Assembly: GCA_041645165.1 (NCBI GenBank)
Contig: JBAZQN010000008.1
Location: forward strand, 2,374 to 66,373
Source of the DNA: Patescibacteria group bacterium
GTDB lineage: Bacteria > Patescibacteriota > Patescibacteriia > 2-02-FULL-49-11
Reading direction: 5' to 3'
DNA: 64,000 nucleotides
Shown one piece after another: positions 34,862 through 44,890 of this stretch (its first letter is position 1; each line of letters starts with the position of its first letter). A program made the translations under genes and the position numbers. Under the pieces are notes generated by a model, which saw nothing but the letters and a program-made list of their open reading frames with translations, had not been told where the DNA came from and did no database searches.

Positions 34862-37624
34862 ATGTCACTATTAACTAAAATTTTTGGCGACCCAAACGAG
34901 CGTTTTATTAAGGAAGTAACCCCACAGGTTGAACGGATTAATTCGCTTGAAGCAGAAAATAAAAAGCTCTCTGACGACGCGCTGAAGGCAAAGACGCAGG
35001 AATTTAAGGGCCGCGTTGAACAGGGCACCACGCTTGATGATTTATTACCAGAAGCCTTCGCCGCCGTGCGGGAAGCGGCGGGACGCACTATCGAACAACG
35101 CCATTTTGACGTGCAGCTCATTGGAGGCATGGCGCTTCACCGTGGCATGATCGCGGAAATGAGGACAGGAGAAGGAAAAACATTGACTGCCACGCTGCCT
35201 TTATATCTCAATGCGCTCGCAGGGAAAGGCGCTCATTTGGTCACAGTCAACGATTATCTTGCGCGTCTGCATGCGTCTTGGATGGGAAGGGTATATCATG
35301 CGCTTGGTCTTACCGTAGGCTGCACACAGCAGCAGTTAGTGTCGTATATTTATGATCCGGAAGCAAAAAAACAGGAAATCCCGAAAGACGGATCTGATGC
35401 CGAGGAAAAAGAAATTGCACGATATACCGTTGACATGGATTTTCTACGTCCCGTCACCCGTAAAGAGGCTTATGCGGCGGATATCACCTATGGCACGAAT
35501 AATGAATTCGGATTCGATTACCTGCGGGATAACATGGTAGGGGATCTTGCGGAAATGGCGCAGAGAGAATTGTGCTATGCCATTGTCGACGAGGTGGACT
35601 CTATCCTTATTGATGAGGCGCGCACGCCTCTTATTATTTCCGCTCCCGCGGAGGAGTCCGGTGATTTATATTATAAATTTGCCGATCTGGTTACGACGCT
35701 TTCCGAAGGCCCTGATTATAACGTGGATGAAAAAATGCGCACTGCAACGCTTACCGAGGAAGGCGTTCATAAAATGGAACGCGCGCTTAATATCACCAAT
35801 CTGTACGCGGAAGGAGGCTTAAATCTCGTGCATCATCTGGAGCAGGCGCTCCGTGCGCATGCGCTCTTTAAGCGCGACCGTGATTATGTGGTAAAAGACA
35901 ATGAAGTCATCATTGTGGATGAATTCACCGGCCGGCTCATGTTTGGGCGCCGTTATTCAGAAGGGCTCCATCAGGCCATTGAGGCAAAGGAAAAAGTGGA
36001 GATACAGCGCGAATCGCGTACGCTTGCCACGGTGACCTTCCAAAACTATTTTAGGCTTTATAAAAAACTCGCGGGCATGACAGGCACTGCAGTGACAGAA
36101 GCGGAAGAATTCCATAAAATATATAACCTTGATGTGGTATCGATCCCTACCCACCGCCCGATGATCCGCAAAGATTTGCCAGACCGGATTTACAAATCGG
36201 CAAATGGTAAATGGCAGTCAATAGTACAGGAGGTTAAAGTGCGCCATGAATCTGGACAACCAATTCTCATTGGCACGGTCTCCATTGAAAAAAACGAGCA
36301 TTTGTCGCATTTGCTTTCACTCGAGGGCATTCCTCATAACGTATTAAATGCTAAACGCCATGAAGAAGAGGCAAGATTCATCGCGCAAGCGGGAAAACGC
36401 GGTAGCGTGACGGTCGCTACAAATATGGCAGGGCGCGGCGTAGACATTATTTTGGGCGGCAACCCGCCGGCGGCAGATGAGGCGGCGCTCATTAAAAGCT
36501 TGGGAGGACTCCATGTGATCGGCACTGAGCGGCATGAAGCGCGGCGTATTGATAACCAACTGCGCGGACGTGCGGGACGCCAAGGCGATCCGGGATCGAG
36601 CCAATTTTTCCTTTCCATGGAAGACGACCTTATGCGCATTTTCGGTTCAGACCGCATGAAAGGGCTGATGGAGCGCATGGGTATGCCTGAGGACATGCCC
36701 ATTGAGAACCGCATGGTCTCCAAATCAATCGAATCAGCACAGAGGAAGGTGGAGGGACATAATTTCGACATCCGTAAACATTTAGTGGAATATGACGACA
36801 TTATCAATAAACACCGCGAAGTTATTTATAAAAAAAGAAGGGAAATACTCAACACTACCCAATCGCCTGACCCTTCCGCAATATCAAAAATACTGCTGAA
36901 TATGATCGAAGAAGAAATAAGCGCCGTGGTACTGTTTCATACCTCCGCACAAGCGACAGACGAATGGAATCTTGATGAGATTTATGAAACGGTTGATAGC
37001 ATTGTGCCCTTGCCGTTACAATCAAGGATTAAGATAGATGAGATACATGACGTTAAAAGTGAAAAAATGGGCGATGCGCCAAAACGAACGGCCATTGTGG
37101 GCTACCTCATGGGGTATGTTGAATCGCATTTTAAGGAATTAGAGACAAGCATAAATATCGCACTAAAATCTCCTGTATTCATAAATATCGAACGGGGCAT
37201 TCTCTTGCGCGCGATTGACACGCTTTGGATCGAGCATTTGGATGCCATGGATCACTTACGTACCGGTATTGGCCTGCGCGGGTATGGCCAGCGTGATCCT
37301 TTGGTGGAATATAAGCGGGAGTCATACCGTATGTTTACTGAATTGCTCACCGCCATTAGAAAAGAAGTGGTGTACTCTATTTTCAAAATCGGCGCTGCCC
37401 AGCGATTTGCGCAAAGCACGCTAGCGCGCGAACAGCCAATGATACTTTCAGGGCCTGCAAAAGAAATGGAACGGGCGCGCGCGGCCTCACAAGCGCAAAA
37501 CGCCGCCATATCAAAAACCACTTCATTTAATGGCAAAAAGGTGGGACGCAACGATCCCTGCCCATGCGGAGCAAAAAAACTAGATGGTACTCCGATAAAG
37601 TATAAGCACTGCCATGGGAAGTAG
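34862..37624 (+). CDS. secA: Preprotein translocase SecA
   Basis: MRTGEGKT, DEVDSILIDEARTP, ATNMAGRG, QLRGRAGRQG, SEC-C GRNDPCPCG. Confidence 0.98.
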   Translation: MSLLTKIFGDPNERFIKEVTPQVERINSLEAENKKLSDDALKAKTQEFKGRVEQGTTLDDLLPEAFAAVREAAGRTIEQRHFDVQLIGGMALHRGMIAEMRTGEGKTLTATLPLYLNALAGKGAHLVTVNDYLARLHASWMGRVYHALGLTVGCTQQQLVSYIYDPEAKKQEIPKDGSDAEEKEIARYTVDMDFLRPVTRKEAYAADITYGTNNEFGFDYLRDNMVGDLAEMAQRELCYAIVDEVDSILIDEARTPLIISAPAEESGDLYYKFADLVTTLSEGPDYNVDEKMRTATLTEEGVHKMERALNITNLYAEGGLNLVHHLEQALRAHALFKRDRDYVVKDNEVIIVDEFTGRLMFGRRYSEGLHQAIEAKEKVEIQRESRTLATVTFQNYFRLYKKLAGMTGTAVTEAEEFHKIYNLDVVSIPTHRPMIRKDLPDRIYKSANGKWQSIVQEVKVRHESGQPILIGTVSIEKNEHLSHLLSLEGIPHNVLNAKRHEEEARFIAQAGKRGSVTVATNMAGRGVDIILGGNPPAADEAALIKSLGGLHVIGTERHEARRIDNQLRGRAGRQGDPGSSQFFLSMEDDLMRIFGSDRMKGLMERMGMPEDMPIENRMVSKSIESAQRKVEGHNFDIRKHLVEYDDIINKHREVIYKKRREILNTTQSPDPSAISKILLNMIEEEISAVVLFHTSAQATDEWNLDEIYETVDSIVPLPLQSRIKIDEIHDVKSEKMGDAPKRTAIVGYLMGYVESHFKELETSINIALKSPVFINIERGILLRAIDTLWIEHLDAMDHLRTGIGLRGYGQRDPLVEYKRESYRMFTELLTAIRKEVVYSIFKIGAAQRFAQSTLAREQPMILSGPAKEMERARAASQAQNAAISKTTSFNGKKVGRNDPCPCGAKKLDGTPIKYKHCHGK

Positions 37625-38093
37625 AAGTATCACAAAACTACTAACACTCTGTATAATTCATCAGCATCCGAAAATATTGCTTGCAATGAAAAAGCGTGGA
37701 TTTGGAGCAGGAAGATGGAATGGTTTTGGTGGTAAGGTTTCTGCGGGGGAAACGATAAAAGATGCGGCGAGAAGAGAAATGCGAGAAGAAGCTGGGATAG
37801 AAACTAAAAACATGGATAAGGTTGGAATTTTAGAGTTTGAATACAGGGGTAACCCTGAAATTCTAGAAGTTCATATTTTTAAATCGGATAATTTTTCAGG
37901 AGTACCAGTTGAAACGGAAGAAATGAAACCGCAATGGTTTCACTTTGATGAGATTCCATTCAATGAAATGTGGCCAGATGATATACATTGGATGCCATTA
38001 TTATTGAGCGGAAAGAAATTCAAAGGAAAATTTCTTTTCGGAGAATCCGATAATATTCTTGAGCAAGAATTAATGGAGGTTAAAGAGATATAA
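37614..38093 (+). CDS. NUDT1/MTH1-like 8-oxo-dGTPase
   Basis: KKRGFGAGRWNGFGGKV...RREMREEAG, EEMKPQWF, MWPDD. Confidence 0.9.
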   Translation: MGSRSITKLLTLCIIHQHPKILLAMKKRGFGAGRWNGFGGKVSAGETIKDAARREMREEAGIETKNMDKVGILEFEYRGNPEILEVHIFKSDNFSGVPVETEEMKPQWFHFDEIPFNEMWPDDIHWMPLLLSGKKFKGKFLFGESDNILEQELMEVKEI

Positions 38094-38103
38094 TTCCTTA
38101 GAG

Positions 38104-38670
38104 ATGACTAAAGAATTACCAAAAAAATTTTATCAAAAAGGTGCAATTGAATTAGCTCCAAAATTTCTTGGAAAGTACTTGGTGCACAAGACAACTAAAG
38201 GAATCATTTCAGGTATGATCACGGATGTTGAAGCTTATCCTGCATATATAGACAAAGTATCGCATGGGAACATCAGGACGAAAAGAACTGAGGTAATGTA
38301 TCGTGAGGGTGGTTATGGCTATGTATATAAGATTTACGGTATCCATTATCAATTTGCAATAGTAGTAAATCAAAAAGATATTCCTGAAGTAGTCTTCATA
38401 AGAGCGGTGAAACCAGAAGAAGGGATTGATATGATGAGAAAGAATTTCGGCAAAGAGGTTGACACGACGACCCTTACGAAATCCCCGGGAAATCTATGTA
38501 AATCATTCGGAATTACTGATGCTTTTTATGGCATTGATTTAACTGGCGATATACTTTGGCTGGAAGATCGAAATGTGGTTATAGACAAAAAGGATATTTT
38601 GACCGATCAGAGAGTTGGGATAAATAAAAAACTTCAAGGGAGTGAAAAGAAGTTTAGATTTTTCCTGTAA
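38104..38670 (+). CDS. mpg: 3-methyladenine DNA glycosylase (MPG/AAG)
   Basis: ITDVEAY, YVYKIYGIHY, VFIRA, SPGNLC, RVGI. Confidence 0.9.
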   Translation: MTKELPKKFYQKGAIELAPKFLGKYLVHKTTKGIISGMITDVEAYPAYIDKVSHGNIRTKRTEVMYREGGYGYVYKIYGIHYQFAIVVNQKDIPEVVFIRAVKPEEGIDMMRKNFGKEVDTTTLTKSPGNLCKSFGITDAFYGIDLTGDILWLEDRNVVIDKKDILTDQRVGINKKLQGSEKKFRFFL

Positions 38671-38678
38671 AAAAAGAT

Positions 38679-38713
38679 ATTTCGATATGTCTATATTTCG
38701 AAATGTCGAAATT
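38679..38713. repeat. Octamer-periodic palindrome upstream of the four-helix-bundle gene
   Basis: ATTTCGAT ATGTCTAT ATTTCGAA ATGTCGAA ATT; the unit recurs inside the gene near 38991-39010. Confidence 0.7.
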
Positions 38714-38720
38714 CTCGTAT

Positions 38721-39191
38721 ATGGCTACGATACAAAAGTTTGAAGATTTGATTTGCTGGCAACGGGCTCGAGGATTGGCGAATTTCATATTTGATATAAC
38801 GGACAACGTTTCTTTTAAAGATTTCGACTTGAAACGACAAATCCGCCGAGCAGCAATTTCGCCGATGTCCAACATTGCAGAAGGTTTTGATCGCGGCACA
38901 CAGGCTGAATTCATTGACGCACTTTTTATTGCCAAAGGCGAGACAGGAGAAGTGGGGAGTCAATTGTATATTGCCCACGATTGAAGATATATCGACATTT
39001 CGACATTTCAAAATGGTCTTCGTCTGACGGACGAGTGTTCGCGCTTGATCCAAAGTTTCGCCGACAAGGTGAAGGGCGGCTCTTGTCGAGGTATGCAATT
39101 CAAACGTGTTCTCCCGCCTGATCCGGGCAAAGCAATTTTGAAACACTATAATCCAGAACTTTTTAAGAAATGGTATCCAGATGAAACATGA
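38721..39191 (+). pseudogene. Four-helix-bundle protein (23S rRNA IVS protein family) with an in-frame TGA
   Basis: KFEDLICWQRA...QIRRAAISPMSNIAEGF...AKGETGEVGSQLYIAHD*RYID; the frame continues to TGA 39189-39191. Confidence 0.85.
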
Positions 39192-39215
39192 TGAATATTT
39201 TTAAATGCTGTAAAT

Positions 39216-39644
39216 ATGAAAAATAAGATTCCTCAATGGATTGTGGTATCGGCTTGCATTACTGATACACAAGGCCGTATTTTCATGCAACGCCGTTTTG
39301 ATCCTCAAATACCTCTTGCTCATGGCAAATGGGAGTTTCCGGGAGGAAAGATTGAATCTGGAGAAAACCCCACTAAGGCCCTTAAGAGAGAATGCAAAGA
39401 AGAAATTGGTTGTGATATTACGATAAAACGCCTTATTCCGTATGTGTGGACCAATATTTGGAAAGAACGACACGGTAAACAAATACAAGCATTTCTTCTC
39501 TGCTATCATTGCTCCATAAAAAAAGGCAAACCACACCCTACAAATCCAGAAGTTTCGGAAATCCGCTGGTGTTCCCAAAAAGAAATAAAGAAATTAAAAG
39601 TGCTTCCCGGTACTCATGAATTTATTCAGCATGCGCATTTATAA
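39216..39644 (+). CDS. MutT-like Nudix hydrolase
   Basis: GKWEFPGGKIESGENPTKALKRECKEEIG Nudix box. Confidence 0.92.
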   Translation: MKNKIPQWIVVSACITDTQGRIFMQRRFDPQIPLAHGKWEFPGGKIESGENPTKALKRECKEEIGCDITIKRLIPYVWTNIWKERHGKQIQAFLLCYHCSIKKGKPHPTNPEVSEIRWCSQKEIKKLKVLPGTHEFIQHAHL

Positions 39645-40968
39645 AGTCATCATTTTCATAATCGTTTTTGCAACACCTTTCACACTTCATGCCGAGGATG
39701 TACAGCAGCCCTTGCAGGCTGTTTTTGTTTCAAGTTCATCATTGAGTGCACTGCAGCGAATTACAGTACCCATACCCGAAGGATTGGGAAATGAATGGGA
39801 TGTAACTGCAATTGATCGCACTCTATTTTTTACCGCTACCCATGGCAATATTTACGCCTGGAGTCTTGATGAAAAGACGTTTAGCACGTTTCCGACCTAT
39901 GGGAAAGGATTCGATAATCCAATAGCCTATACCGCTTGCCGAAAACAAAACAGCACCTTTATTGCGGTAGTGCCGAGTTATGGGAATGCCCATGTGCTTA
40001 CCTTCGCACCCTCGGGAAGACTGTTGAATCCCGGTTTCTTTTTTGCGTCAAAGCCAAAATCGTATCGCACTATAACATGCGTTGATATAAATAATGATCA
40101 GAATGATGAATTAGTGATAGGGGAGAGGATAGGCAGCGCACTCACCATCACTATTTTGAATTTTATTGATGGAAAGCCAATTCAAACATTTAATATCAAC
40201 GATTGGGGACCGTTTGATTTTGAACTTAATCGTATTGATTTAGGAGGCGACGGCATTGATGAAATTCTTATCGGAAGCGGGGGATTGCGAGATCCTGAAA
40301 TTCGGATTTATCGCAGTGACGGTTCATTGATAAATTCTCTCATGGCGTTTCCAAATGAATTTAAGGGCGGCATCTACGTGCAAAGCGGCGATTTGGATTA
40401 TGACGGGAAAGAAGAATTAATCGTTGGATCGGGCCCGGGAAGCGGGCAGCTCCGCGTACTGGATGGATTTGGCAATGAAAAGATGACGAATAAATTCTTC
40501 CCCTTAGGAGCAAATTTTCGGGGCGGTGTAATTCCATTAAAGGTGAATGATGAAATCATAGCTTTGCAGTCATCACGGCTCATAGAGGATAGTTCACTTT
40601 CTAAATCCATATCTATTAACACTACAGACCAAACATTATCTGTGCTTGCGTATGGCTACTTATTTGCCTCTTTTCCCATCTCTACAGGCACATGGGATTA
40701 TCCCACTCCTCTTGGGAATCACAAGGTAATCAATAAAATCCCACGCGCGTATTCGCGCCGTTGGGGGCTTTTCATGCCGTGGTGGATGGCAATCGTGCCA
40801 TCCGGCACCTATGGCATCCACGAGCTGCCAGAGTGGCCTAATGGAACAAAAGAGGGCGAAGACCACCTTGGGAGCCGCCGTTCCCACGGCTGTATACGGG
40901 TGGGGGTAGGAGTTGCAAAAGCGCTCTACGATTGGACTCCAATTGGCACTCCCATTATAGTTAAATAA
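39631..40968 (+). CDS. Secreted L,D-transpeptidase with FG-GAP-like repeats
   Basis: Signal peptide; DINNDQNDELV, DLGGDGIDEIL, DLDYDGKEELI; YGIHE...SHGCIR. Confidence 0.9.
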   Translation: MRIYKVIIFIIVFATPFTLHAEDVQQPLQAVFVSSSSLSALQRITVPIPEGLGNEWDVTAIDRTLFFTATHGNIYAWSLDEKTFSTFPTYGKGFDNPIAYTACRKQNSTFIAVVPSYGNAHVLTFAPSGRLLNPGFFFASKPKSYRTITCVDINNDQNDELVIGERIGSALTITILNFIDGKPIQTFNINDWGPFDFELNRIDLGGDGIDEILIGSGGLRDPEIRIYRSDGSLINSLMAFPNEFKGGIYVQSGDLDYDGKEELIVGSGPGSGQLRVLDGFGNEKMTNKFFPLGANFRGGVIPLKVNDEIIALQSSRLIEDSSLSKSISINTTDQTLSVLAYGYLFASFPISTGTWDYPTPLGNHKVINKIPRAYSRRWGLFMPWWMAIVPSGTYGIHELPEWPNGTKEGEDHLGSRRSHGCIRVGVGVAKALYDWTPIGTPIIVK

Positions 40969-41020
40969 TAAATTGAGGTGCCGTAACTATTCAATGTTCC
41001 AAAATAAACGAATTATGGAC

Positions 41021-41063
41021 ACCACCCCTTGTCCCCTCCTTAGCAAGGAGGGGATGGGGAGGT
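41021..41063. repeat. GC-rich palindrome
   Basis: TCCCCTCCTT-AGC-AAGGAGGGGA; related to the in-frame hairpin at 20830-20848. Confidence 0.75.
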
Positions 41064-41139
41064 CTCCTTTGGAAAAAGGTGAACTCTAGGTACTTTTTTG
41101 ACTTTTTTAGAGATTTTGATACAATGCGTAAGGATTTCT

Positions 41140-42858
41140 ATGACTAATAAACAAAGGCTTTGGATGTATGTAGGGCTCATCATAGCGCTCTTTTTAATTG
41201 CACTTATTTTTGCCGCGCCTAAACTCCCCACTGCGGTTCCCGCGGCTTCTTTTTTTGCTAAATTTCCTTATAAATTAGGCTTGGATCTCAAGGGAGGCGC
41301 CCACCTTATTTACCAAGCAGACACCTCGCAAGTGCCCTTTGCAGACAAACAATCCGCAATCAACGGCGTCCGCGATGTAATCGAACGGCGGGTCAATGCG
41401 TTCGGCATTTCAGAACCTCTGGTGCAAACTAACCAATCAGGCGATGAATACCGCGTCATTGTGGAGCTTGCAGGCGTATTTAATGTTGATGAGGCGATAA
41501 AACTTATCGGAGAAACTCCGTTGCTTGAATTTAAAACGCAAAACCCCGTAGCGGATGCACCGCTTACTGAAGAACAAAAGCAACAGCTTATAAAAGATAA
41601 TGAAACAGTCCTGAAGAGCGCTCAAGAAGTACTCGTGCAATCACATGCACCCAATGCTGATTTTAGCGCATTGGCAAAACAATATTCAGAAGACCCTGGA
41701 TCCAAAGAGCAGGGAGGGGATTTAGGATGGGCAAAAAAGGGAGTATTTGTGCCTGAATTCGATAAGGCGATTTTTGAAACCCTTAAAGCAGGGGAAACCA
41801 CCAAAGAATTAGTGCAAACCCAATTCGGCTACCATATTATCAAAAAGATTGAAGAGCGCGAGGTGGAAGGCGCGGCGAAAGGTGAACCGGAAAAGGAAGT
41901 CCATGCCGCGCATATACTCCTCCGCACCATCGCTGAACAAGATATCTCATCTCAAGTTGACCCGTGGGTTAATACCGCGCTCTCGGGAAAACAACTTAAG
42001 CGCGCCAGTGTTCAATTCAACTCACAAACAGGGGAACCGAATGTCAATCTGGAATTCAATGATGAGGGATCGAAACTTTTTGCGGAGCTCACCGGCGCCA
42101 ACATCGGCAAACCTATTGCTATATTTCTTGACGGGCAGGCAATTTCAGTGCCTACGGTTCAGGAAAAAATTGAAGGCGGCAGCGCAGTCATCACCGGGAG
42201 GTTTAATATAAAAGAAGCCCGCACGCTCGCAGAACGCCTCAATGCGGGCGCGCTGCCCGTCCCCATTCATTTGATTGCGCAAACCACCGTAGGCCCCACC
42301 CTCGGTTCTTTGTCTTTAAACCAGAGCCTGCGCGCAGGTATGATAGGAATACTTATCGTAATGTTATTCATGATATTGTACTATCGTTTACCCGGCATCA
42401 TCGCTTCGTTCGCGTTATTGCTCTATGCGAGCATCGTACTTGTTCTTTTTAAACTCATACCCGTGACACTCACGCTCGCAGGCATAGCCGGCTTTATCCT
42501 TTCAGTGGGCATGGCAGTTGACGCGAATATCCTTATTTTTGAGCGTCTCAAAGAAGAGCTAAAAGCGGGAAGGGACCTGCCCACGGCCGTTGAAGAAGGC
42601 TTTAAACGCGCGTGGACCTCCATCCGAGATTCGAATTTTTCGTCTCTCATCACCTGTGCGGTCCTTATGTGGTTTGGCAGCTCTGTCATCAAAGGTTTTG
42701 CAGTTACCCTGATCATCGGTATTCTTTCATCCATGTTTACCGCCATTACCGTAAGCAGAACCATTTTAAAGGCAATCGCCTTAACCGGAGCGAAGAGGCA
42801 TTTATGGATGTTTGGTTACCACCGCATTGAGACTAAGAGTGGCGATATGAAAATGTAA
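41140..42858 (+). CDS. secD: SecD with an inserted parvulin PPIase domain
   Basis: LGLDLKGG, ERRVNAFGISEP, LNAGALP, GMAVDANILIFER; insert SEDPGSKEQGGDLG...TQFGYHIIK. Confidence 0.95.
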   Translation: MTNKQRLWMYVGLIIALFLIALIFAAPKLPTAVPAASFFAKFPYKLGLDLKGGAHLIYQADTSQVPFADKQSAINGVRDVIERRVNAFGISEPLVQTNQSGDEYRVIVELAGVFNVDEAIKLIGETPLLEFKTQNPVADAPLTEEQKQQLIKDNETVLKSAQEVLVQSHAPNADFSALAKQYSEDPGSKEQGGDLGWAKKGVFVPEFDKAIFETLKAGETTKELVQTQFGYHIIKKIEEREVEGAAKGEPEKEVHAAHILLRTIAEQDISSQVDPWVNTALSGKQLKRASVQFNSQTGEPNVNLEFNDEGSKLFAELTGANIGKPIAIFLDGQAISVPTVQEKIEGGSAVITGRFNIKEARTLAERLNAGALPVPIHLIAQTTVGPTLGSLSLNQSLRAGMIGILIVMLFMILYYRLPGIIASFALLLYASIVLVLFKLIPVTLTLAGIAGFILSVGMAVDANILIFERLKEELKAGRDLPTAVEEGFKRAWTSIRDSNFSSLITCAVLMWFGSSVIKGFAVTLIIGILSSMFTAITVSRTILKAIALTGAKRHLWMFGYHRIETKSGDMKM

Positions 42859-42877
42859 AGATATGATTTTTCTGAGT

Positions 42878-42961
42878 CGTTTCAGTGTATATTTCAGTGT
42901 ACTTCCAGTGTGAAAAGGCTCACTCACAGAAAAATCTGAATCCTAAACGGAAAACACTGAA
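42878..42961. repeat. TTCAGTGT periodic imperfect palindrome between secD and secF
   Basis: Three TTCAGTGT-like units with ~12-nt period and a complementary ACACTGAA. Confidence 0.65.
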
Positions 42962-42981
42962 GTCGCAAATTTCTTAAATAA

Positions 42982-43920
42982 ATGACTATGCTTGCTATAA
43001 TCCCTAATAGAAAATACAATCTTGGATTCTCAGCGCTGCTCATAGTGCTGTCCGCTACGGCATTATTTGTGTGGGGATTAAAATTTGGCATTGATTTTAC
43101 CGGCGGTGCCATGGTAGAGCTTGAGTCTACATTAATAAATCCGCCTGCATCGTATGAAATTCAACAGAAGCTCATAAGTGATGGATTTGATGTTGCTTCA
43201 ATCCAAATGAGCAATCAAAATACGTATCTCATACGGTTAGGCATCATGGATGAAGGCGAACACCAGCGATTTACAAAGAGCATGGAGGAGAATTTTAATT
43301 CGCTGCAAAAAAGCGAGGGAGCTGACAAGGCCTATATTGAAAAGCGTTTTGAATCAATCGGTCCGACCATCAGTAATGAATTCCGACAAAAATCATATTT
43401 GGCAATCATTATTGCGCTTCTCGCAATCATCGCGTATATCGGATACTCCTTCAGGAAGGTTTCAAAGCCCGTGGCGAGCTGGAAATACGGGGTATGCGCG
43501 GTGATCGCGCTCATGCACGATGTTGCCATCCCCACAGGCATTTTTGCAGTGCTTGGACATTATGCGGGCTGGGAAGTGGATCTGCTATTCATCACGGCGC
43601 TGCTTACCGTCTTAGGGTTCTCTGTACACGATACTATCGTCGTATATGACAGGATCAGGGAAAATTTGCTAAAGATCGGAGGTCGAAATTTCGCGGAAAT
43701 AGCGAACATAAGCGTCAATCAAACCCTCGCCCGATCCATCAATACTTCCTTGGTGACTATTATCGTGCTTGCGGCTCTTTTTGTGCTTGGCGGCGAGACC
43801 ACAAGGCATTTCGTGCTTGTGCTTATCACCGGCATCGTATTCGGCACCTATTCTTCCATATTTATCGCTTCGCCTCTTTTGGTTATCTGGAACAATATAA
43901 GTCAAAAAAATAAAAAATAG
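42982..43920 (+). CDS. secF: Protein translocase subunit SecF
   Basis: FGIDFTGG, GFSVHDTIVVYDRIRE, RSINTS, GTYSSIFIA. Confidence 0.96.
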   Translation: MTMLAIIPNRKYNLGFSALLIVLSATALFVWGLKFGIDFTGGAMVELESTLINPPASYEIQQKLISDGFDVASIQMSNQNTYLIRLGIMDEGEHQRFTKSMEENFNSLQKSEGADKAYIEKRFESIGPTISNEFRQKSYLAIIIALLAIIAYIGYSFRKVSKPVASWKYGVCAVIALMHDVAIPTGIFAVLGHYAGWEVDLLFITALLTVLGFSVHDTIVVYDRIRENLLKIGGRNFAEIANISVNQTLARSINTSLVTIIVLAALFVLGGETTRHFVLVLITGIVFGTYSSIFIASPLLVIWNNISQKNKK

Positions 43921-43962
43921 TGCGATTGAGCACTACAACATACCAAGAAGATGCGTTGATTT

Positions 43963-44880
43963 TTATTCTGCGATTCCTCTCCATGCAATGCGTTGCGCAT
44001 TGCCGCCGACAGGATAGCAGGTGACCAGAGTAAGGGTAGGCGTATCACTAATGGCAAATAATCTTTTATCATCAGGATACACAACCATGGATTCAGTGAG
44101 AATATAGCGGACGAACCGCTTTTTTTTATTCTGGTAGGTATACGTAAATTCCACCGCATCTCCTTTTTTAAGATCAGGAAGATCCTTGAAGATATCAGTA
44201 TACGGGCCTTGCTGCCATACATAGTCTGAAGAATGCCCTGTGATAAAGCTGTTTCCGCGCTCACCCGGGCTGGCAGTCCCGGGATAATGGATAGCACCTC
44301 TTTTGAGATCTTGCTCTATGCGTTTAACATCATCAGATTCAGACCAAACCACAGGAGCGAGTACCCTAAGCGAGGGGATGGATATCGTAAGCGCGGGCCT
44401 CCCTTTCCCCGTGGGATCAAATCCATTTTCCACCTCAAGCCCGTCAGGAAATGTGTCTCCATCGCTGTCGGCAATGTCACTCCCTGTGCCTATAATTTGT
44501 TCTAATGCGTCACTCAAGCCGTCACTATCCTTGTCAGAGACCTTTGTGTTTTTCACTGCAAATTCAGCAGGAAGAGAACCAGCGCCCAATGGATTTTGAT
44601 TGCGTAAAATCTCATCGCCGTCATGCGTCCCATCAGCGTCAGAGTCGGGCAAATAAGTATTAGTGCCATAAAGTCGCTCTTCAGGATCCGATAAGCCGTC
44701 ATGATCACTGTCGCTCATGAATGATTCCACCCTTTCAAATGATCCTACATACGCGCGCACCGTTGACCAATTCATGATGAAAGTGGCGATGAGTCCGGTA
44801 AAGAGGGAACAGAAGATCGCAAATGTCGTTCGCGACATTTGCGGAAGTGGCAATGATGGCGTCTGTTTTAACGTTAACAT
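43963..44880 (-). CDS. Sortase with DxDxDG calcium-binding repeats
   Basis: HYPGT, ITGHSS, LTLVTCYP...RI; DSDHDGLSD and DSDGDTFPD repeats. Confidence 0.9.
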   Translation of the reverse strand: MLTLKQTPSLPLPQMSRTTFAIFCSLFTGLIATFIMNWSTVRAYVGSFERVESFMSDSDHDGLSDPEERLYGTNTYLPDSDADGTHDGDEILRNQNPLGAGSLPAEFAVKNTKVSDKDSDGLSDALEQIIGTGSDIADSDGDTFPDGLEVENGFDPTGKGRPALTISIPSLRVLAPVVWSESDDVKRIEQDLKRGAIHYPGTASPGERGNSFITGHSSDYVWQQGPYTDIFKDLPDLKKGDAVEFTYTYQNKKKRFVRYILTESMVVYPDDKRLFAISDTPTLTLVTCYPVGGNAQRIAWRGIAE

Positions 44881-44890
44881 GCCTGTATAT

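Noticed and set aside
38982-38984. TGA as Gly (code 25) or selenocysteine readthrough
   Set aside because: TGA ends many clear genes here (sufS, pilC, mraY, aguA), and the position is not a catalytic Cys; a nonsense mutation is simpler.
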